From the human T2T-CHM13v2.0 reference genome, Homo sapiens: DNA of 64,000 bases. The translations under genes and the position numbers were made by a program. Every line of letters starts with the position of its first letter. Within the stretch, counting starts at the first letter, position 1. The stretch lies in assembly GCF_009914755.1 (NCBI RefSeq), contig NC_060931.1; one strand, written 5' to 3'. The notes under the pieces are model-generated. The model was not told where the DNA came from and did not search any database. It was given only the letters and a program-made list of their open reading frames with translations. Of the stretch, positions 1 through 13,437 are shown piece by piece.

Positions 1-22
1 CACATCTCTTCATGGTTGATGA

Positions 23-489
<467 letters not shown>

Positions 490-656
490 TGATCTGGCTG
501 TTCATCAGTGCCAGGGGCCACCCCTCAGTTCCCTAGTGTACCTGGACCACCCCTCAGTTCCTTTTTCGAGGACTGTGGGTACGATGACTAGGACAGGAGG
601 TACAAGATCGATGGGAATGGGCTTCGAAGAGCTGGTCTTGTGATAAAGAAATATGA

Positions 657-949
657 TGGTCAGGTGGGCTTGGTGGCTCACGCCTATAATCCCAGCACCT
701 TGTGAGGCTGAGTGAGGAGGATCACTTGAGCCCAGGAGTTTGAGACCAGCCTGGGAAACATAGCAACACCCCATCTCTACAAAATATAAAAAAAAATTAG
801 CTGGGCACTGTGGCGTGCACCTGTAGTCCCCAGCTACTTAGGAAGCTGAGATGGGAGGATCACTTGAGCCCCGGAGGTCGACGTTGCAGTGAGCCAGGGT
901 TGCATCACTGCACTCCAGCCTGGGCCACAGAGTGAGACTCTGTTTAAAA

Positions 950-967
<18 letters not shown>
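657..967 (+). mobile_element. Alu (AluJ-like)
   Basis: Alu consensus with GGATCACTTGAGCCCAGGAG and an A22 tail. Confidence 0.9.
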
Positions 968-1026
<59 letters not shown>

Positions 1027-1034
1027 ATATATAC
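946..1034. repeat. Compound STR A22-(AT)24-(GT/AT)n
   Basis: Directly visible; derived from an Alu tail. Confidence 0.97.
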
Positions 1035-1070
1035 ATGTGAATGATGATCCCTTATTAAAAAATAAAAATA

Positions 1071-1345
1071 AGGCCGGGTGCAGGGGCTGACATCTGTAAT
1101 TCCAGCACTTTGGGAGGCTGATGCAAAAGGATTGGTTGAGGCCAGCAGTTTGAGACTGGCCTGGGCAACATAGCAAGATCCCATACAAAAATTTTTAAAA
1201 ATTAGCTGGGCATGGTGGCGTGTGCCTGTGGTCCCCAGCTACTGAGGAGGCTGAGGTGGGAGGATGGCTTGGGCCCAGGAGGTCGAGACTGCATTGAGCA
1301 ATGACTGTGTCACTCTACTGCAGCCTGGGTGACAGAGCAAGAGAG
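1071..1345 (+). mobile_element. Alu (AluJ-like)
   Basis: Diverged dimeric Alu consensus. Confidence 0.88.
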
Positions 1346-1889
1346 CCCCCCCAGCACCCCCTACAAATTTTTTTTTTAAAAATTAAAAAGGCGCGGTTCG
1401 AGAAGAGCTGTAGTCGTCCCAGAGCTACAGTGCAGGTGATATCAAAATGCAGGTGAGAAAACTGGAGACAGAATACAGTAACGGATACAGGTGCCCCTGA
1501 AAAGGTGCAGAGGCGCTAAGGACGCAAGCAATCCTGAACGTTCCAATCGTTCGTTTTAAAGTTGTCCTGGCCAACCCGTGAAGCCTTGTATGAGGAAATG
1601 TTTCAACGAGGGCGCCTGACGCAGTCCCCGAGGCCAGAAAACACCCAGGTTTAGATACGGGCTCTGACCCGCACCTGCCACAGCCAAATCCCTCCCCCTT
1701 CTGAGCCCGATCCCGTGTTGTCCTCCAGGGGTAAGCAAAACACCTGGCAGGGCTGCCTGAAGATTAGGGAAACTGAGGAGACGCGGCAGGTGCCCAGTAT
1801 TTATAGTTTTGTCCCCAAACGGGGGAGTTATTTGTAAGCACTGGCTACTACCCCCGTCAATCACCTAATTGTCCAAAAAAAGGCAAACG

Positions 1890-3000
1890 GAGGGAATGCG
1901 CCGCAGCTGAGCACCGCGCAGGCCGCAGCTGAGGTGCACACCCGGGTGTGCCCTTTGTATTGCTGGAAGCGCTGGCGATCATAGGGGCAGAGGGCTGGCG
2001 TTGGGGCGGCCTGGGACCCACCCGGCCCCGCCCCCTCTCAGGCCCCGCCCTCCCCCTCCTCCACGGGTAGGGGGACCTCGGCCGGCCTGGGAGATCGGGG
2101 CGTAGGGGGAGGTGGGGGTGCATCCGCGAGCCCTAAAGGTCATGACCCTATGGGGCGTCTCTGGGTCGTCGTGGGGGATGGGCGGGGGGGGGGGGTCTCC
2201 CCGCCACGGGAGGTCTAGAGAGCAGCGGCGGCGGGGCGGGGCGGAGTGCAGAGGCGCCGCCGGCGGGGCGGCTTCGGGAGGGCGCGGCCCCTTTAAGACG
2301 CCCCGCCGGCCCCGCCCCCGAGCCCCGCCTCCCGCCGCCCACGTGACCCCGGTCTTGTGACTGGGCCCGGGAGGGCGGGGGAAGCCCGCGGCTCGCGCCC
2401 GCCCCGCCCCGCCCCGCGTCTGCCTCAGAGGGGCCCGAGCCACCCGGTCCGCCGCGTCCCCGCCGCCGCCGCCGCGTCCCCCGCCGGGGCCGACCGAGCC
2501 GAGCCGGGCCGGAGCGGCGGGCGCGGCCGGGCCGCCATGGACCACAAGCCGCTGCTGCAGGAGCGGCCGCCCGCCTACAACCTGGAGGCCGGCCAGGGCG
2601 ACTACGCGTGCGGCCCGCACGGCTACGGCGCCATCCCCGCCGCGCCCCCGCCGCCGCCCTACCCCTACCTCGTCACAGGTGGGCCCGTAACCAACTTTCC
2701 CCGCCGGCGGCTTCCGAGGTGGCAAGCCCGGTCGGGGGACGTGGGTCCGGAGGCGGGTGGGGCCCGCCCGGGGGTCCTTCCTGGAGCTGGAGGTCCCCGG
2801 GCTGGCTTCGGGACCCGGCGCCGCCGAGGGCCAGCCTCCCCCCCGGGGCTCTAGTCCTCGGGCCCGTCGTAACCCGGCGGGGCCGGATCCCTGCCCCAGA
2901 TGAACTTTGTGTCACGAGGCGCTCGCTGTTGGCAGATTAGCGCCGAATCAGGCCCGCGGTGGCCGTCCCGAGGGTGGAAAAGACCGGGGGCTTTTTTAGC
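1890..3000 (+). promoter_or_regulatory. BRI3: CpG island / TATA-less GC-box promoter of BRI3
   Basis: Very high GC and CpG density around exon 1. Repeated GGGGCGGGG/CCCCGCCCC boxes (~2233-2243, 2398-2416), G12 run 2184-2195, E-box CACGTGAC 2340-2347. Confidence 0.9.
2537..2678 (+). CDS. BRI3: BRI3 (brain protein I3) coding exon 1, 142 nt
   Basis: Perfect Kozak GCCGCCATGG. Translates [47 protein letters not shown]. Donor CAG|GTGGGC at 2678/2679. Confidence 0.97.
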
Positions 3001-3091
3001 GGGGTGGAGGTTGAGGGGACAGGATGAGTAGTCCCCGTGGCGGTCCAATTTCTCCTCCCTGCACCCTAATGACCTGCTTTCCCGCCCACAG

Positions 3092-3194
3092 GGATACCCA
3101 CCCACCATCCCAGGGTCTACAACATCCACAGCCGGACCGTCACCCGCTATCCTGCCAACTCTATCGTGGTCGTAGGAGGCTGTCCTGTCTGCAG
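3092..3194 (+). CDS. BRI3: BRI3 coding exon 2, 103 nt
   Basis: Branch-point CCCTAAT (~3064-3070), acceptor CCCACAG|, donor CAG|GTGAGT. Translates [35 protein letters not shown] in frame with exon 1. Confidence 0.97.
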
Positions 3195-5585
3195 GTGAGT
3201 GGGTCTGCAGCCTGGGGACTGGCCCTGGAAGCTCTGAGGACCCCCGCCCTAACCCCCAGGACCTCACAGCTCTGCTTGTGGGAGTGGGTCCGGCTTGACT
3301 TGGATCTTGACCAGAGCCCTTTATGGGAGGGACAGACAGGCTGCCCGAATGCGGTGTGGGAGAGTGCGGGTCCGCTCACCCTTGGCTCTGAACACATTTT
3401 GTGGGGGCAAAAGGGTGGATTCCTTTTCCTAGATCTTGGGGCATTGCACCCCAAGTGATTGGGATGTAGAAATGGTAACAACGGGACTCGTGGTCCTTTC
3501 GTCTTTGTTCTGGGACTTGCAAGGAATCAGGTGTCTGCTTTTTCCTTCACTTTCCGCAAGTTTACTCTGCAGTTGATCGTCGAAGGTGGTGGAAGGTTTC
3601 ATTTTCCCGGAAGGGGCATTTGGAAGTAAGTGTACCAGCAGGACAGACCGCAGTGGGAGAAGCGACGGCTGTAAGAGCTGCTTTATCCAAAGTTGGCTTG
3701 AAACGCTCTTCCACGAGCTGGACCAGGATGGAAACCCCGTGTTTCTTTGAGGCAGGAGTTATTTTTTTCATATCCTCGCATTGGACCTGCACACTTTTTG
3801 GTTTTTATAGGGCCCCGAGGTGCAGCTAGAGGCTTGTTTTGTGGAGGTTTTGAGGATTCACATTTAAATAAGGATTAATTAAATATAAACCCTTGGCAGC
3901 TGGGGGTGTTCAGATTGCTTAGAAAGTAGGGGCAGAGTTGGCCGGGACAGGGTTTTCAGCTGTGTCTCGGAGGAGGAAGTTGAAGCCACTGAGATGGAAT
4001 TAAGAAACCCTGGTTTGGACTTAGACTTGATTTCAAAAGTGTGTGTGTAAGGCCTAGAGTGGAGTCACGGGGAAGTGAGTGATTTCAGAGCCTTAGCAGG
4101 CAACTTCCTGGGAAGGAAGGGCAACCTAGAGGTGGGGACAAGAGGCTGGGACCTCGGGGGCAGGTTGTGGCTGCTTGCCTGCACAGGGACCCCGTGACAA
4201 ACCCTAACTGGGACGTCAGTTTGACACAGTTGGTCACCACCCAGCAGAAACATTAGCCTTTGGAGTGAAGGTGGAGGGAGGGCAGGGTGGGGCGCTGGCT
4301 GCCTTCGGGACATAGTTCTCTCCCGGAGCTGCACCGGGTTGGGGGGCTGGCAGAGCTGTGTGAGTGTGAAGGCACATGGAGGGGACTCAGAACATGGAGG
4401 AGCAGAGGGTCTGCCTGCGTGTCATTGTCCATGCCCTGCCATCCCGGTGTCCAGCCTGCCGGAGGAGCCGGGTTCCGGTCCTGGTCCTGCCAGGAACAGC
4501 GGGGCTTGTTTCCCCACCTGGGACGTGGGGGTGTCTGGTGAGGTGTCTCTGAAGCTCTTAGCTCTTCTCTGCCCAAACCCCTGAACTTGGAGAGGTGAGA
4601 GACCAGCGGCAGCGAGGGATGGCCCAGATATCCCAGGGCTGGGGGGCGCCGAGGTGGTGGCGCAGTTGCTGTCGGTATGGGGGCACTGGCCCTGCCACTT
4701 CCCCTTCCCTAGGTGGGAACTGTGTCCCTGCGGAGGCCCATGGCTTCCGCTAACCTGGAGGTGCTCTCCAGTTATGCAGAACCTGGAGCGGGGTCAGACT
4801 GTGCTCTGCTGGGAAGGATCTTGGGCTCGGCCCTCAGAGGCTGTAGGGGTGTGGGGTCCTTGGTTACTTAATCACTGCTCTCTGCCTCTGGGCAGCTGCA
4901 CCAGGCAGGGTGGAGGCTGGGTCCTCTCTGGACAAGGTTGGGGGGTCCTTAGTCCTTTAAGTTGGGACCAGAGCACTCTTGGATCCTGCGGCGACCCCTT
5001 GGGTTGCAGCCAGGCCCTCCCAGCACACACGTCCCTGCGCTCTGCCCGTGGTGCCTTGGATGCTGGAGAGTGGCTCTGGCTCCCCGAGGCTTTGCCTCTG
5101 CAGCTGCATTGGGCATGGGATGGGCCCCTGTGCCCTGTGGCAGCCAGAGGGCGAGCAGGGGGCTGGGTGCTCTGCTGCTGGCGTGGGTGGGGTGTGTGGT
5201 CCCTGGGCCACTCCTCTCTGCGAGGAGAGTGGAGACGGTTCCCTGAACACACAACACACACGTCTGGCCGCTGCCTGGCGTCTTGGCCCGGGAGACAGGA
5301 TACCACTCACATGACCACACTTCCTCCTGCCCCAGGTCCAGCCCGCCGGGCTCTGTCCCCCTCCCTGCCTGGTGGCATGGCAGGAATTTGCCCAAGTCAC
5401 ACATCTGTTAGTCCTTCTGAGTGAGGCTTGGCCAGAGAAGCCCGTGTCCCTTGTGGCTCTGCTGCCCTGGCCAGGCCTTCGCTGAAGCTGCCTGACTCCA
5501 TCTTCCCTTTCTAGCCGTTTATGAGGAAGCATTTCCGCAGCCTGGCGGCGGATATGTCCCTGCTCCTCCCACCCTCCTGCTTCAC

Positions 5586-5623
5586 CCCTGCCCTGCCCTG
5601 CCCTGCCCTGCCTTGCCCTGCCC
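5586..5623. repeat. (CCCTG)7 pentamer repeat
   Basis: Directly visible, with one CCTTG variant. Confidence 0.95.
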
Positions 5624-8600
5624 AAGGCCTGGGCCTCCCTGAAGCCAGGTTCTCCCTTGCCCAGGGAGGCCAGTCATTCTTTGCTGGGGGTGTGGTTGTA
5701 CCTAGGTGCAGGATGAGGTAGCTGCGCTGGGAGGCTCTCCTGGGCTGGAGCAGAGCCTGCGTCCTGCAAGCGGGGAAGGCAGGAGTGGGGAAGGCCCCTG
5801 GCCTGCACCAGGCCCCCATGAGTACTGGCTGGGCTGTCACTGGGTATTTAGTTTTGGGGGTGACCAGAGAGAGAGGAAATCCTGGAAAGGATTTCACTTT
5901 TCCTAGGGAAGGTGAAAAGAACAGCTGTGGAGGGCGGATGTCGCTCAGAGGTCCAGGGTGCGGCTCAGTGGCCAGCGTGGAGGCTGCCACGGCCCTTGGG
6001 GGGCAGAGGTGGGCTGTGGAGGGCACGGGGTGGTGACTGTGGAGCCCGGGAGGGGCTGGAGGGGAAGGAGCCTGTGACAGCCTTGGGCTTCCAGACGATG
6101 GAGGTGGAGGGGCTGCTCCCTCCTACCACCTGTGACCTGGAAGCCAGAGCTCCCCTGGTTGAGGAAGTGGCTGAGTTAGCTGGGATGGCTCTGCCCATAT
6201 GTATGGCCTGTGGGCTGTCCCCGTCCTGACAGTCTTGGCCTGAGGTGTGGGGGCAGCGGATGGGCCGGAGCTTGGGCCTGGGCTGCTTGCTGGGCAGGGC
6301 TGCAGACCTCGGTGCCCAAGTGCTGCCTCAGTGGCCTCCTGAGTCTCTGACCTTGGGCTCAGCCCCCAGCTGTGGGCCAAGTGGCACTGCTGGGGTGGGT
6401 GTGGTGGCAGGCAGAGTCTCCGGGCACCTTCTCAGGCCTTTCTTCCATAGGGGAGGCGAGGGCTGGCCCTGGCCATTGGGTTTGCTGGGAATGGCCCTGG
6501 GAGGTCCTGGTGAACTGTCCCTAAGCCAGGCAGCTCCCCTGTGGGGAGTGGACACCCTGGGACAGCCAGAGCCTGGCTGGAGCTGCTTTGGGGCCACCTC
6601 GCCCTGCGCTGAGCATGGCTTCAGGCCCTCAGCCCTCTGAGGAAGCCCTGTGTCTCCCCTTTTCCTGGCGAGGCCTGGCCTTCCAGCGGGGTGGTGGTCT
6701 GGGGTTGTTCCTGGGCGTGGATGGTGCCTTGAGGCCACCATGTGCGCAGAGGGCAGCTTGGTGCCCTAGGGCCAGCCCCCTGTGACACTGCCTTTGGGGG
6801 CTGCCTGGGAGGGAGAACTGGGACCTGCAGGATGGGTGCTCGTGACTGGGGAGCCCATCTGGGTTCAGATCCCAGCCACGCCTTTCCCGGCTGGGAGTCC
6901 CTGGACACACCCTCAGCTTCAGCCTCCTGTAAAGTGCCTGTGGGGACACAGGGAGGGCGAGGATGGCCTTCTCCCTGGGCAGCTCAGAGCCCTGCTGCCA
7001 GCCCCCTCTGTCCTTGGTGAGGCGGGAGCCCCGCGGCCTCTACTGTCCCAGGGCCCAGCTCGGGGTGGATGACAGTGGCATGACTGGCCACTTTCACTGC
7101 AGGACTGGAGTCGCCTTAAGGGAATGCTCTTGGAATTAGTCAGTTCCCTAATTTCGCCAGTGGCCATGGTCCCTCCCTGGCCGCGTGGCTTATTGCACAA
7201 GAATGGGGGAGGGGCAGCTAGAGAGAGCCGGTCAGGACCAGAGCGGTTGAGAAGGTTGAAACCCACCTCACCAACTCAGGTGGGCTCTTCCGGGTTTGGA
7301 AGGGAGGAGAACTCGAGGCTGTGGGGACTGCAGGTGTTCCGGGGCAGGGGTTCCCCTTCTGCCCTCCAGTGCTGGGGACGGGACTGCCCTGCAGCTTGGG
7401 GAGTCTTGACCTAGAATCTGGATTGTGTTTCTCAGTTCAGAAGATTTGGGGTTTTAAAAAGTAAATGATGCCAACACTCCTTTTGAGGTCTAGGGCAGTA
7501 CTGCAGTTAAAACTTTAATATTTCTGCAGCAAGACATGAATATTCAGATAAAGTAGGATAAATTACGACTATAAATAGCCACACACCAGTTCAGGTCACA
7601 TGTTGCTGCCAGGTGAGTTTGCTGTCAAGTGACAGCGAGTTCTGCCTTCAGCGCCTCTTGGCGTTTGAAGTTGTGGGTACGGCTGTGGAATCCTGGGGGG
7701 TAGGGAATGCTGCCCACCCTTAGGCTGACCCCAGAGCCAGAGGTGAGGGCCGAACTCTCCTGGCCAGCCCTCGGGCCTTCGAAGCCCGTTCAGAGCTCTC
7801 AGGCCCAAGTGCTCGTTCTCCCGGGCCGGGGTTCTCAGGTCTGGATCACAGCCTTCTGTTGCTGGCAGAGGCCTGAGCCTCCTGGGATGGCTGGATCTGT
7901 CCAGCTCCCGGGCGGCACTGCAGGGAAACAGGCTCGCTCTCCCCAGAGACCCGGGGGCCTTGGCCCTCCTACCCTCTCTTTAAGCGGTGTGGAGGTGGGC
8001 AGGAGGGTGGGGGTTGAATGGACCAGGGATAGGGAGGCTGCCTTAGGAGGTGCCGGAGTGGGTCCCTGGACTGAGGGGCTCAGGCCAGGGTGGCACAAAC
8101 GGCCCAGCCCTGTGCTCTGGCTGAGGATGGGATGGGTCTGGACAGAAATTCCGTGGGTTGGAAGGAGGGTGTTTCCCTGTGCCTGGGAGGCCGTGGGGTC
8201 AGCACATTAGGTTTGGCCCATTGTGCTGCTTGCAGCCCCGGGGCTGGGAATCAAGGTGCTGGGAAGAGAGGCGCCGGGGCCTGGGTGGGCTGGGCTGGCG
8301 CTGCTGGAAATCCTAGCACTCAGGTGGGCCGGCGCCCTGGCCCGTGGCAGTGGGAGTGCAGCAAGAGTGAGCAGCCTTCCTGCACTTCTCAGCTCTGACA
8401 GAGTAGGTGGGTTTTGGGTCTGGATGGAGAATTAGGAAGCAGGAGGGCGCTGCTGCTCTTGGACTTGGGTCCCAGGCGCGAGCAGCAGCTGCAGGTGGGA
8501 GGCTGGTGTGGGCGGGGCCCCCAGGCAGCACTGTGAAGCCCCACCCCTGCCCATTGCACCATCACACCTGGATGTCTCTGCTGCTCCCCATGGGCGGGCT

Positions 8601-9489
8601 CCAGCCGGGCTCCCCACCCACACCCCTTTGCCCAGCCTCCTCCCAGGCATCTCTGGGCCTTTGAACAGGCAGTCAGCTCTGCCTGCAGCCCTGCCTCTCA
8701 GCAGCTTTGGTCCTGAGGTGAGGTGCTCAGATGGTCACTGATTGGGCTGGCTGAGGGGTGCCCGGTGACACTGGGGACCACTCTGGGGGGTGCGGGCCTC
8801 TCCCCTAGAAGGATTTCTCAGCCGGTTCACCCTCCCTGTCTGCTTTTTCATGGGACATTTTCTAACCAGAATATACAGCCAGTGTGTTTCCTGGGATTTG
8901 ACCGCAGATGCCAGGAAGAAAAGGGAAGAGGAAGCTCCCCTGAGAGGCCTGAGGCCACTGGCTCCCTCCAGCTCCCCCGGAACCTGTCATGGCCATCTGT
9001 GGGGACACAGCTGGTGCTTGGCCTTCCCGAGGCTCCCCCACCTCGACTGTGTGGTCTTGGGAGCTGTGGCACCTGGGGGAGAAGGTCCTGGAGCCAGGCA
9101 GGGCGTGCTGCAGTCGGCAGGGCTGGGCGGAGGTGTCCTGCCCAGTCTGGACTGGCAGGGGCAGCCCTGGGCAAGGCTGAACAAGTGTGGTGGCCTGACG
9201 ACCTTCTGGGGCTTAAATAGGGGACACTTTTGTAAAAGCCCACACAGGAAGTAGAAACTTTCCTGGCAGACTCTGGTCTTCTGCTTGGCTTTGCCTTGGA
9301 GCTTCATGGTGTGCCCTGCAGCCCAGCTCAGCCCCTCCACACAGACAGGTGGCGTTGTGTGAGTTTGGGAAACACTGGGTATAAGAGTGCTGCAGGACTT
9401 CTCAGAGCCTTTTGAGAACGAATGGACATAGGGACTGTAGGAGAAAAGTTTCCCAAAATCGGCTGAACAATCCCCCTTTTCCAAATGCA

Positions 9490-10258
<769 letters not shown>

Positions 10259-10931
10259 TAGTCATGCTTCCCTGTCGCAGGCAGGCGGCTGCACTGCCTT
10301 GCTGTAGGCTCCCCTTCCCCCGTAAGCACCAGGTCCCATCATCTATCAGACAGCCCCACCCTGTTGTGTTTTTCTGTCCACTCACTCCAGCACTGGCTGG
10401 ATGGGGGGTTTGGGCCCCCAGGAGGCCCAGAAGGAGCCCGTTGGGGTCTGCCTGTCTGGTGGGAGCAAAGCTTTTCTCATTTGGGCTGAGCTGGCTAGTG
10501 TGGTTAATTTCAGCTGTGTCCAGAACTTTCCAGAAATAGCCTAAGGAGCTGAGCTGAGCACTAGGCTTCTGGCTTCCTACTTTTAGGGCCTCTGAAACTG
10601 ACAGTTGGGTTCGATGATGATTTCAGGTCACTGAACCTAGGCTCACTGGCGCAGGATTTGAGGGATGGCCTGCAGGTGTCTTTAGTCTGTTACAAACATT
10701 GAACTTTGTTGAAGAGGCGGCTTTGAGATCACATTTCTCAAAATAAGTGGCCTTCAGACATTGTGTGAACATGGCCAACTGTAGTCTCCCATTAACCCAC
10801 CCCCGCTACCAAAGGAACGGAAATCGAATAAAAGCCCAAACCTGACTGGATCACTAAGCTGCTAGTTGCTCCTTTTCTAAGAGCAGATGTATGTGGCTTG
10901 TGGCACCAAAATGATCATGCCTCTCAAGGTT

Positions 10932-11561
<630 letters not shown>

Positions 11562-11857
11562 TAACTGATGAGTCCTTTCAACTGTTTTATTCTTCCCGTT
11601 TTCTTTGAATGTTACATGTAGTGATTAAATAACTATGGCCATTCCATGAACGGGTACGTGCAGCTGGTTCTTGGGGCTCTCCAGGCCAGTGGGCTGTAGC
11701 TGGGCGGTGGGGTGGGGGGCTGTTTTCTGTCACTCGCCAGAGGTCCCCATGTGACTCATGGCCACTGGTTGGTTATTGAATGCAAGGGTGGCAGGGGTGA
11801 GGGTTCTGGCTGCCCGGGTCCTTACGGTGCCACCCTCTCTGCCCGTCTCTGCTGCAG

Positions 11858-11990
11858 GGTTGGGGTGCTGGAGGACTGCTTCACCTTCCTGGGCATCTTC
11901 CTGGCCATCATCCTCTTCCCCTTTGGGTTCATTTGCTGTTTTGCCTTGAGGAAGCGACGATGCCCCAACTGTGGAGCCACCTTCGCTTAA
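11858..11990 (+). CDS. BRI3: BRI3 coding exon 3 (canonical), 133 nt; total CDS 378 nt = 125 aa
   Basis: Pyrimidine tract plus CTGCAG| acceptor. Translates (R)[43 protein letters not shown] with TAA at 11988-11990. A hydrophobic segment lies between CPVC and CPNC (LITAF-like arrangement). Confidence 0.97.
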
Positions 11991-12186
11991 AGGGAACACC
12001 AGGCCCGGCTTTCCTACACCCAGCTCTCTTTTTCTAATGTAAATGTTGTGTACAATAGTTTTATTTGATTAAGCTTCAGGACTGTTTTGTAAAGCGAGGT
12101 GGGACCGATGTGGCACACGCCAGCTGCGGTTTCCCGGAGCGTGGAGAGGCAGTGCTGCTGCTCCCGCCCGAGGCTCATGACAACTC

Positions 12187-12255
12187 AATAAAGCACTGCT
12201 TTTATTTTTTGCAGTCTTCAATTTGAGAAAGGTGAGAAATAATGTTTTCAATAAA
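12187..12255 (+). terminator. BRI3: BRI3 polyadenylation signals (AATAAA at 12187-12192 and 12250-12255)
   Basis: Two canonical hexamers 200-260 nt after the stop, with TGTA motifs upstream and T/GT-rich sequence downstream. Confidence 0.8.
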
Positions 12256-12412
12256 TGAGATTCATACCATTGTTGACCTGGTGCTGCTTACTCGGTGCTT
12301 TCAGACACCCAGGAAAGACTGGAACGACACCCCCATCGCTCCCCCGGCCAGTCCTGACCACAGTTGTATTCAGCAGGCGCTTACAGCTCAAGAAAATGTT
12401 TTCAAGTTCTGC

Positions 12413-12418
12413 TTTATT
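12413..12418 (-). terminator. BAIAP2L1: Distal poly(A) signal of BAIAP2L1 (AATAAA on minus strand)
   Basis: TTTATT at 12413-12418 is the first canonical minus-strand hexamer I find downstream of the BAIAP2L1 stop. Confidence 0.65.
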
Positions 12419-13010
12419 ATTAAAGTTGTAATCCCTTGATATTTACAGAGCAGGCACCTCGGTGCCAAGGACCAGGCCATGCCCGTTCTGGTCTGGGAGG
12501 CAGAACCTGGGGTTGGGTGAGCCACGGGGTCTGCAGGTTGCATCCGAGACCCCCAGGTCCTATTCTTCCACCCCGTAACAAAACCAGAAACCTCCCCAAG
12601 GCAGAACGCCAAAGGCCAGGTGTCACCCACACCCCAGCAGTTCCCCTTAGCGCCAGATGGGGCTCCCTGAGCCCTGTGGCTGAAGTGGGGAACACGGCCA
12701 TGGGGCTTGTGTGGACTGAATTCTCATGTGGCTGCAGCCCTTTCTGTAGTACAGACTGGGGTTGTTAACATAGTTCATGGTGCCTGCAGCCCCTTCATGG
12801 TGGGGGTGCCTGGTTTGTCCTCCCAGGAGAAGCAGATGGTAACACTGCTGGACCTGGCTGGAAGGAGCCTGAAGCATCGGCCACGTCCACTGGCTTACCT
12901 GCATGTAACCTTTCCCAATCTCAGCCTCATAGGATACTACACTTATGGCAAGGCTAAAGGAGAGGGGGTAAGTCACAGCCCCAGCACCCAGCAACACACA
13001 CGGTGAGCGG

Positions 13011-13208
13011 CCGGGCTGGAGTGCAGCAGCATGATCTGGCTCACTGCAACCTCTGCCTCCCGGGTTCAAGTGATTCTCCTGCCTCAGCCTCCTGAGTGGC
13101 GCCCACCACCACACCTGTCTAATTTTTGTATTTTTAGTAGAGACTCCTGACCTCAGGTGATCCCCCTGCCTCGGCCTCACAAAATGCTGGGATTCCCGTA
13201 CCTGGGCC
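13011..13208 (-). mobile_element. Tail-less, internally deleted Alu in BAIAP2L1 3'UTR
   Basis: Alu blocks in correct order with three gaps and no poly(A). Confidence 0.85.
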
Positions 13209-13385
13209 GGGCTGGGAATTTTAACCATGACTCTCCACTCCAAAATAGGTCCAGATCCTTGGCAGCCAGAGATGATTTCCAGCCCCGGGCTCAGGGCAGC
13301 CAGTGCGTAGTCCTCACATCCATACCATAGGGCCAGGTTCCGAGGGCATCATGGCTGCTAGGCTGAAAAACCCGCCCTTCTCCAG

Positions 13386-13437
13386 GCACCAGAGGTCATC
13401 CTGGCTTTACACGTATCCTTTGAGAGTCTGTACCTGA
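13386..13437 (+). CDS. BRI3: BRI3 alternative terminal exon (98-aa isoform, C-terminus HQRSSWLYTYPLRVCT)
   Basis: Acceptor CCCGCCCTTCTCCAG|G, phase-compatible with exon 2, TGA at 13435-13437. Matches my recollection of the shorter BRI3 isoform. Confidence 0.8.

Noticed and set aside
518-561. CCACCCCTCAGTTCC repeated at a 29-bp period (similar 27-bp duplication near 59218-59262)
   Set aside because: Ordinary local slippage duplications with no further structure.
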